From an uncultured virus (IMG/VR IMGVR_UViG_3300042465_007039) (Duplodnaviria; Heunggongvirae; Uroviricota; Caudoviricetes), in the IMG/VR virus record IMGVR_UViG_3300042465_007039, positions 1 to 64,000 of that record: DNA of 64,000 bases; one strand, written 5' to 3'. The position numbers were made by a program, and so were the translations under genes. How positions within the stretch are numbered: position 1 is the stretch's first letter; every line of letters starts with the position of its first letter. Below the pieces are notes generated by a model that was not told where the DNA came from, made no database searches, and saw nothing but the letters and a program-made list of their open reading frames with translations. Of the stretch, positions 57,890 to 64,000 are shown piece by piece.

Positions 57890-58731
57890 AACTCAAAGTA
57901 AGTGAACTATTTTATTCAGCACAAGGCGAAGGTCGCTATGTAGGCGTTCCTTCAGTATTTCTACGCACGTTTGGTTGCAACTTTACCTGTTCAGGATTTG
58001 GCTGCAAGCCTGGAGAAAAATCCACAGAAGCAGACAAAGTGGCCAAGAAAGTTGAACTGTACAAGACTTTTGAAGAACTACCCTTGGTCACAACTGGCTG
58101 CGACAGCTATGCGTCATGGCACCCAGACTTCAAACATCTCAGTCCCACATACACTGCACAAGAACTGGCAGACCGCATGACTGAACTGTTGCCCAATGGT
58201 GTGTGGCAACAGCCCAACGGCAATCCCGTGCACTTGGTAATCACTGGCGGCGAGCCCTTGCTGGGCTGGCAACGTGCTTATCCAGAACTGTTGGATATTC
58301 TAGCCGAACGTGGTCTGCGGCATATCACATTTGAAACCAATGGTACCCAAGAACTCACTCGAGATTTCAAACAGTATCTGGCCAACTGGTTTGGTGAGAT
58401 CACTTTCAGCGTCAGCCCCAAGCTGAGTGTGAGTGGCGAAGCTTGGGCAGATGCTATACGGCCTGATGTGGTCTGGGATTATGAATCCTACGGTGTGACC
58501 TATCTCAAGTTTGTGGTAGAAAAGCCTGCGGACTTTGACGAACTGGATCGTGCTGTGGCCGAATATCGCAGTCGTGAATTTGCAGGCCCTGTGTTTGTGA
58601 TGCCTGTTGGCGGCGTGGTGTCAGTGTATAACGGCAACAGAATTAACGTGGCCGACGAAGCACTTAAACGTGGCTACTGGTACAGTCCACGATTGCATGT
58701 GGATATCTGGGGCAATGGCTGGGGAAAATAA
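57886..58731 (+). CDS. queE: 7-carboxy-7-deazaguanine synthase (radical SAM)
   Basis: ELFYSAQGEG, VFLR..GCNFTC, CDS, ITGGEP, ETNGT, SPK, RLH. Confidence 0.88.
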   Translation: MKLKVSELFYSAQGEGRYVGVPSVFLRTFGCNFTCSGFGCKPGEKSTEADKVAKKVELYKTFEELPLVTTGCDSYASWHPDFKHLSPTYTAQELADRMTELLPNGVWQQPNGNPVHLVITGGEPLLGWQRAYPELLDILAERGLRHITFETNGTQELTRDFKQYLANWFGEITFSVSPKLSVSGEAWADAIRPDVVWDYESYGVTYLKFVVEKPADFDELDRAVAEYRSREFAGPVFVMPVGGVVSVYNGNRINVADEALKRGYWYSPRLHVDIWGNGWGK

Positions 58732-59148
58732 ATGTTCAACAAAATCAAAAAGTGGCTTGGCAATGACCGGCCTGCAGCAGGTGGCCTAGTGCCCCCAAAG
58801 CCTGAACCCAGGGCACCAAAAGCCAAGCCTCCGGTCAAGAGTGAGAAAGAGCTTGCAACTGAAAAAGGCGAGCCTTATGTTGCTATCTTGCGCATGGACG
58901 TTGACCCCGAAAACTTGCACCAAGGTGCGTTTGAACTAGACTGGAACGAAATCTTTATTGCTCGACTGGTCAAAGCTGGCTACATGATCAAAAAAGACGA
59001 CACTGACACAGAAATTATGGATCGCTGGTTTCAGAACGTGTGCCGCCATGTGGTGATGGAAACTTGGGAACAAGAGCAGGCCATAAACAAATCAGGCATC
59101 TGGGTACGCAGCACTGACATTGGCAACGGTCGCAGCGAGGTATCATAA
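58732..59148 (+). CDS. hypothetical protein
   Basis: 138-aa ORF. Confidence 0.75.
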   Translation: MFNKIKKWLGNDRPAAGGLVPPKPEPRAPKAKPPVKSEKELATEKGEPYVAILRMDVDPENLHQGAFELDWNEIFIARLVKAGYMIKKDDTDTEIMDRWFQNVCRHVVMETWEQEQAINKSGIWVRSTDIGNGRSEVS

Positions 59149-59150
59149 AC

Positions 59151-59333
59151 ATGTACAACGTCGAAGAGCGCATGCAAGAATTGGCACTACCCATAGAAAA
59201 ACAAATCCTAATGTGCGACAATCGCGAAGAACTGCTGATGATGGCTTGTGTTATGATGCAACGTACTCGAGAAATTTTTGATCAAGAAATTGGTGAGGCA
59301 GGCAGAAAATTAATGTTTAAAGATTTAGTATGA
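59151..59333 (+). CDS. hypothetical protein
   Basis: 60-aa ORF with GAGG RBS. Confidence 0.65.
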   Translation: MYNVEERMQELALPIEKQILMCDNREELLMMACVMMQRTREIFDQEIGEAGRKLMFKDLV

Positions 59334-59806
59334 TATTTAATCACATCAAACAACTCAAACAAGACGGAAAGAAAATTGGCATCACTTTCTCAACCTTTGA
59401 CATGCTGCATGCTGGCCACATTGCCATGCTGTCAGAAGCCAAGAACCACTGCGATTATTTGATATGCGGCCTGCAAACTGATCCCACAATTGACAGACCT
59501 GATACCAAAAACAAACCTATACAAAGCATTGTGGAACGACAGATACAATTGGCTGCTTGCCGTTATGTGGACGAAGTTGTGGTGTATCAAACTGAACAAG
59601 ATCTCATTGACCTGTTGTTGATTCTGCCACTTGATGTGCGTGTGCTGGGTGTAGAATACAAGCATCAGGATTTTAGTGGTCGGTCCGAAGGTGCCCTGCG
59701 AGGAATTGAACTGGTATTCAACGGACGAGACCATAGTTTCTCCAGCAGTAGTCTACGCAAGCGTGTGGTTGCTGCCGAAAGTCACAAGGCACTGTCACAC
59801 AAATGA
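59330..59806 (+). CDS. cytidylyltransferase (TagD/RfaE-like)
   Basis: FDMLHAGH, YVDEV, SSSSLR. Confidence 0.88.
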   Translation: MIFNHIKQLKQDGKKIGITFSTFDMLHAGHIAMLSEAKNHCDYLICGLQTDPTIDRPDTKNKPIQSIVERQIQLAACRYVDEVVVYQTEQDLIDLLLILPLDVRVLGVEYKHQDFSGRSEGALRGIELVFNGRDHSFSSSSLRKRVVAAESHKALSHK

Positions 59807-60540
59807 TCTTGTACGTTAATGGTTGTAGCCATAGTGCAGCCGCTGAGGCGTTGGTCAAATACGCCTGGTCATGTGATGACGGTGATCTATGGGGAACTGG
59901 AGCTGAGCCGCATCCTGCTAACCTGGCAGTTAGTTACGGCAAAAGAATAGCAGACGCCATGGGCATGGACTTGATATGTCAGGCCAGTTCGGGCGGCAGC
60001 AACGATCGTGTTATTAGAACCACCACAGAATGGATCAATCACAATCAAGAACAATTGGCAAATACGTTTGTAATTTTGCAATGGACCACTTGGGAACGAG
60101 AAGAATGGTTGCATAATGGCACATGGTATCAAGTAAATGCTAGCGGAATAGACACTGTGCCATCTGAACTACAAGAACGCTACAAAAACTATGTGGTAAA
60201 TGTAGATTGGCCCAGTAAAACTCTTGATGCACATGATAAAATTTGGGCAATGCATTTGTACCTCAAACAGCTAGGCGTGCGACATTTGTTCTTTAGTGGC
60301 CACAGTACATTTAGTGATATCCAGGATCAACTCGACTGGGGCAAATACTACATGTATCCGTATGTTCGGGAAGAATCCTATCATAATTGGCTAATAAACA
60401 ACGGTGGCACCTATGCCAATGCCAAAAGTTATCATTTTGATGCCAAAAGTCATAGACTTTGGGCTGAACGTGTGCTACAATACATTAAAGATAACCAACT
60501 ACTAGGCACCAATGAAATACCTGCTAATCGACACGTCTAA
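59803..60540 (+). CDS. SGNH-hydrolase-like protein
   Basis: NGCSHS, ASSGGSN.R, QWT, C-terminal YH. Confidence 0.6.
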   Translation: MILYVNGCSHSAAAEALVKYAWSCDDGDLWGTGAEPHPANLAVSYGKRIADAMGMDLICQASSGGSNDRVIRTTTEWINHNQEQLANTFVILQWTTWEREEWLHNGTWYQVNASGIDTVPSELQERYKNYVVNVDWPSKTLDAHDKIWAMHLYLKQLGVRHLFFSGHSTFSDIQDQLDWGKYYMYPYVREESYHNWLINNGGTYANAKSYHFDAKSHRLWAERVLQYIKDNQLLGTNEIPANRHV

Positions 60541-61546
60541 CATGTTCTTTCGTGCCAGGCATCAAGCACATCGTGCCAGTGACACATGGACCAAGCTGGG
60601 TTTTGCCCTGCACCTGACTTTTATGAGTGCCAACAAGGTTGCTCGTGATCTTGGAGCAGACCACGTGGTGTTTGCACTGGAAGGTCGCTCGTGGCGCAAA
60701 GACGTGTACAAACCCTACAAGGCCAACCGTGCTGTGGCACGTGGTGCCATGACTGAGACTGAATCCGAAGAAGACAAGATGTTTTGGGAGACTTATGATT
60801 TGATGACCCAGTATCTCTCAGCCAAGACCAATTGCAGTGTGATACGCTGTGCCACTGCCGAAGCAGACGATGTGATTGCTCGCTGGATCGCACTGCATCC
60901 ACAAGACGAACATGTGATTGTGAGTTCAGACTCAGATTTTGTGCAAATGATTGCACCCAATGTCAAACTCTACAACGGCATCAATGAACACTTGTTTGCT
61001 GTGGACGGTGTCACAGACAATCGTGGTCGCCGCCTGGCATTCACTGTTGAAAGCAACAGTAAAATCAAAGTAGGCAAGCCTGACCCCAAGTTTGAAATAC
61101 CTGCAGACTATCAGCATTGGGCATTGTTCATGAAATGTATGCGTGGCGACCCAGGTGACAATGTGTTTTCGGCCTATCCTGGTGTGCGAGTAAAAGGCAC
61201 CAAGAATCAGGTGGGCTTGACTGAAGCTTTCAAAGACCGTGATCGCCGTGGTTATGCCTGGAACAATCTCATGCTTCAGAGATGGTCTGACCACGAGCAA
61301 GCAGAACACCGAGTGCTAGACGACTACGAACGCAACCGTACCTTGATCGATCTCACAGCACAGCCCGATGATGTCAAGGCCGCGGTAGATGCTGCCATTC
61401 GCGAACAAGTCAGTCACAAAGATGTGGGCATGGTAGGTGCACACTTTTTGAAATTCTGTGGCAAGTACGATCTTGTCAAACTCAGCGACCATGCAGATGC
61501 CATGGGTCGTTGGCTGAACACAACATACCAAGGAGTATTAAAATGA
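60512..61546 (+). CDS. 5'-3' exonuclease / T4 RNase H-like flap nuclease
   Basis: LLID..N, YKANR, EADD, SSDSD, GDPGDN. Confidence 0.9.
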   Translation: MKYLLIDTSNMFFRARHQAHRASDTWTKLGFALHLTFMSANKVARDLGADHVVFALEGRSWRKDVYKPYKANRAVARGAMTETESEEDKMFWETYDLMTQYLSAKTNCSVIRCATAEADDVIARWIALHPQDEHVIVSSDSDFVQMIAPNVKLYNGINEHLFAVDGVTDNRGRRLAFTVESNSKIKVGKPDPKFEIPADYQHWALFMKCMRGDPGDNVFSAYPGVRVKGTKNQVGLTEAFKDRDRRGYAWNNLMLQRWSDHEQAEHRVLDDYERNRTLIDLTAQPDDVKAAVDAAIREQVSHKDVGMVGAHFLKFCGKYDLVKLSDHADAMGRWLNTTYQGVLK

Positions 61547-61986
61547 TCGAAGCAAAACCAGTTATTCCCGACAGATACTGGATCCTCAAACAGGACAACC
61601 GCAAGGTTGGGCAAATCGAAGCAGATGAATCTGGAGTCACTGTAAAGATACAGAACCGTGTGGCCGGCTACAAAACCATCCGGATGGCTGGTCGCGAGGC
61701 CAATATTGAATTTACCAAGTTATCCAGTGTCAAGCCAGTCACCAACCAGGTGCATGGGTTTGAAGTCACCGGACGTGTGTACAATCCTGTATGGGATGTG
61801 AAACACCGATTGCCGTTGTTCACCCGCGACACCAAAAGCAAAAGCTGGTATGCTGCTGGATGGTACCGAGTCAAACAACATCGTGACTGGAAGACTGTGC
61901 AGAATCCCAAGTTGATTGCACTACAACGATATGACTATCAAGGCCCTTTTCACACCAAGGAACAAGCAAATGACAAATCCGTTTAG
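61543..61986 (+). CDS. hypothetical protein
   Basis: AAGGAG RBS; coupled ORF. Confidence 0.75.
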   Translation: MIEAKPVIPDRYWILKQDNRKVGQIEADESGVTVKIQNRVAGYKTIRMAGREANIEFTKLSSVKPVTNQVHGFEVTGRVYNPVWDVKHRLPLFTRDTKSKSWYAAGWYRVKQHRDWKTVQNPKLIALQRYDYQGPFHTKEQANDKSV

Positions 61987-62338
61987 AGATCAAGAGAAAT
62001 TTATGCGAGCATGTGATCAGAAAACTGATGCGTATGCAATTTCTCAGTACAAGATGTATCTGAATCTAATTGACGAAGAACATGCTGAACTCAAACAAGC
62101 AGTGGCAGACGACGACATGACTGAACAGTTGGACGCCTTGATTGACATCCTGGTGGTCACCATTGGTGCTATACATAGTGCTGGATTCAACGGCGAAGGT
62201 GCCTGGAAAGAAGTTATGAACACAAACTTTGCCAAGATTGATCGAGACACCGGCAAGGTGCGCAAGCGTGAAGATGGCAAGGTACTCAAGCCCATGGGCT
62301 GGAAAGCACCTGAGCTTACGCCGTTCTTGAAGAAATAA
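61970..62338 (+). CDS. MazG-like / PRA-PH family NTP pyrophosphohydrolase
   Basis: LIDEEHAEL, LDALID, N.AK, REDGKVLKP. Confidence 0.85.
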   Translation: MTNPFRDQEKFMRACDQKTDAYAISQYKMYLNLIDEEHAELKQAVADDDMTEQLDALIDILVVTIGAIHSAGFNGEGAWKEVMNTNFAKIDRDTGKVRKREDGKVLKPMGWKAPELTPFLKK

Positions 62339-62363
62339 TATACAGACTCAACGGAGAAATACC

Positions 62364-62504
62364 ATGCGACTAATCAATGATGAATACGACGATTGCTGGG
62401 TCTGGGTCGAAGATCACAATGAAGATCTAGAACTCAGTCCGCATTTTGACTACGAAGAAGACGCAATTCAATGGCGTGATCAAATGCAACAGGAGATCAA
62501 ATAA
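62364..62504 (+). CDS. 46-aa acidic hypothetical protein
   Basis: GGAG RBS; MRLINDEYDDCWVW...; TAATG overlap. Confidence 0.6.
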   Translation: MRLINDEYDDCWVWVEDHNEDLELSPHFDYEEDAIQWRDQMQQEIK

Positions 62505-62722
62505 TGAGTTTACACATCAATCGCTTTGTTGACAGCATCAAAGCACACGAAAGTCGTGGTCAAAAAGACTTTGTCATGAGCATGCGAGACGCCAAGGACT
62601 TGCACAGCGACATTACCAAGTTGTTGTTGACGCTGGAACAGTTGCATAACAAAGCACCTGGTGCCCAAAAAGACGAAGTAATTACCGTAGAACTCACTGG
62701 TGGTGGTTTTAAAAGTACATAG
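62504..62722 (+). CDS. hypothetical protein
   Basis: AGGAG RBS; 72 aa. Confidence 0.7.
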   Translation: MSLHINRFVDSIKAHESRGQKDFVMSMRDAKDLHSDITKLLLTLEQLHNKAPGAQKDEVITVELTGGGFKST

Positions 62723-62742
62723 TTTATGTGATAAATAAATGT

Positions 62743-63039
62743 ATGAGTAGACCCAAACCTCAAGTGTTGATTGAGAACACAAACAAGAAGACTTACAAAA
62801 CTGAGCAGGTGCTGGCCAGCGAAGGCGTATGGGCAGTGTTTTATGAGTCAAAGCCTATCAATTTAAAAACTTCAAACATGCTGACTCAGTATCCTGGACC
62901 CAAGTACAAAAAAGTATCTTTTTCAAATCCAGGACATGCTATCAATCTAGCTCGCAAACTCAACACACAATTCAAAACAGACAAGTTCTCTGTGGTGGTG
63001 TTGACACAGGGAACCCAAGTGTTCCCCAATGCTGTCTAA
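62743..63039 (+). CDS. hypothetical protein
   Basis: MSRPKP start 5 nt after TAAATA. Confidence 0.75.
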   Translation: MSRPKPQVLIENTNKKTYKTEQVLASEGVWAVFYESKPINLKTSNMLTQYPGPKYKKVSFSNPGHAINLARKLNTQFKTDKFSVVVLTQGTQVFPNAV

Positions 63040-63394
63040 ACTAGATTATACCAGGCACATGCTGTCGCTGTTGCCCAGCGATCACGGTTTGAGTTTGGAA
63101 ATAGCTTTAAAAGATTGGTGGCAAGATATTCGTCCCGACGGCGGCCTACGTTTGAGTTGCGAAGGATATCAAGTGTTCAAACAGCTGGGTATCGAAAGCT
63201 ACGAATTTGATGTTCCTGTAGGTACACCAGCTAACCCGGGGCAGTTGGTTGCACTGAACAAACACTTGACTCATCCATACTTTATACAACTAGGCAAAAA
63301 GCCTCGCTTGGTATTTTTTGATGGTCGAGAAGCCAGTGCGTTTGCACTGTATGGGGACATTGTTAAATTTACCCGGGGCCTAAATAGAGGTTGA
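63029..63394 (+). CDS. hypothetical protein
   Basis: 121-aa ORF. Confidence 0.7.
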   Translation: MLSKLDYTRHMLSLLPSDHGLSLEIALKDWWQDIRPDGGLRLSCEGYQVFKQLGIESYEFDVPVGTPANPGQLVALNKHLTHPYFIQLGKKPRLVFFDGREASAFALYGDIVKFTRGLNRG

Positions 63395-63419
63395 CCAAAA
63401 ACCCCAGATCGCTTATACT
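63391..63419 (+). promoter_or_regulatory. early sigma70-type promoter, copy 1
   Basis: TTGACC-AAAAACCCCAGATCGCT-TATACT. Confidence 0.75.
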
Positions 63420-63460
63420 GTAATTGTAGTAGTTAGTGACCCAAGTGAAAGGAGCTCAAA

Positions 63461-63649
63461 ATGGCAGAAGTCAAACTTTCCACACTGTACAAAGTCACAG
63501 TGACAGAATACGACTGTGGTGTGCAACGAGTTGACCCCGACGACATCCGGTATTTTACCACCCTGGAAGAAGCAGAAGCCTACAAATATCGCCAAGATTG
63601 TGGCGGCCCAGAATGCTACTGGCGTGCTAGCATTGAAAAAGTTGCATAA
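63461..63649 (+). CDS. small hypothetical (early) protein
   Basis: AAGGAG RBS after early promoter. Confidence 0.7.
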   Translation: MAEVKLSTLYKVTVTEYDCGVQRVDPDDIRYFTTLEEAEAYKYRQDCGGPECYWRASIEKVA

Positions 63650-63714
63650 AAACAACACTTTTTAACCCCAAAAAGTAGTAATTTTGTAGTAATACTTTTC
63701 ATGTGCAAAAACGG

Positions 63715-63743
63715 TTGACCAAAAACGCAAGATCGGTTATAAT
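63715..63743 (+). promoter_or_regulatory. early sigma70-type promoter, copy 2
   Basis: TTGACC-AAAAACGCAAGATCGGT-TATAAT. Confidence 0.8.
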
Positions 63744-63749
63744 ATACAC

Positions 63750-64000
63750 ATGAACACAAAAACACTAGCCCGTAAAAAGCGCACCGATCGTACTCATGTG
63801 ATCTACATGATTGAGTCTGGCGCTGATTTTTACATTGGTGTTACTGCCAAGACCGAAAGCACTGTGAAGAAATCAGTGATCACTCGTTGCCGCAAGCACT
63901 TTTATCGCATGCGTTCTGAAGACAAGAGCTGGATGCTGTACGAGACCATGCGAGCTCGTGGCGTTGGCAAATTCACTGTGCGTGTGATGGCTGTGGTGCG
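63750..64000 (+). CDS. GIY-YIG-like nuclease domain protein (3' truncated by window edge)
   Basis: HVIY...FYIGVT...R...H. Confidence 0.65.
   Translation, partial: MNTKTLARKKRTDRTHVIYMIESGADFYIGVTAKTESTVKKSVITRCRKHFYRMRSEDKSWMLYETMRARGVGKFTVRVMAVV

Noticed and set aside
1..64000. CRISPR arrays, tRNA or rRNA genes, integrases and transposases
   Set aside because: None recognised; intergenic gaps are short and no cloverleaf with a T-loop consensus was seen. tRNAscan was not run.
1..64000. Bacterial chromosome origin suggested by clpA, dnaJ, gmd, galE and folE
   Set aside because: Phage-type polB, clamp loader, lysis cassette, T4-like late promoters and dense small ORFs indicate a large phage

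Overview
64 kb of a densely coded, mostly plus-strand genome of a large T4-like or jumbo tailed phage, standard genetic code. The spanin pair indicates a Gram-negative host, and a Bug/TctC gene weakly points to a Betaproteobacterium. Replication genes: clamp loader, family B DNA polymerase, probable sliding clamp, 5'-3' exonuclease/RNase H. Lysis cassette: GH19 endolysin, i- and o-spanin, holin. Chaperones and stress genes: GroES-like, DnaJ, ClpA, PhoH, Dps. Accessory genes: four tandem fatty-acid desaturases, a putative sulfation module, many sugar-tailoring enzymes, and a 7-deazaguanine DNA-modification cluster (DpdA/TGT-like, FolE, QueD, QueE, QueD-like/DpdL) interleaved with glycosyltransferases and NDP-sugar enzymes. 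Best candidate for an undescribed system: late proteins built as strings of cassettes separated by [VL]-x-E linkers that resemble prohead-protease sites. Several junctions share the DNA repeat AAGGTGTRGCGGA, and two cassettes start with complete twin-arginine (Tat) signal peptides buried mid-protein, one of them leading an M48 peptidase. Also notable: a preQ1-I-like pseudoknot before queD, a compact multi-stem candidate ncRNA at 41.0-41.1 kb, and TAAATA late promoters 4-7 nt from start codons. All calls come from reading motifs by eye; no searches were run.
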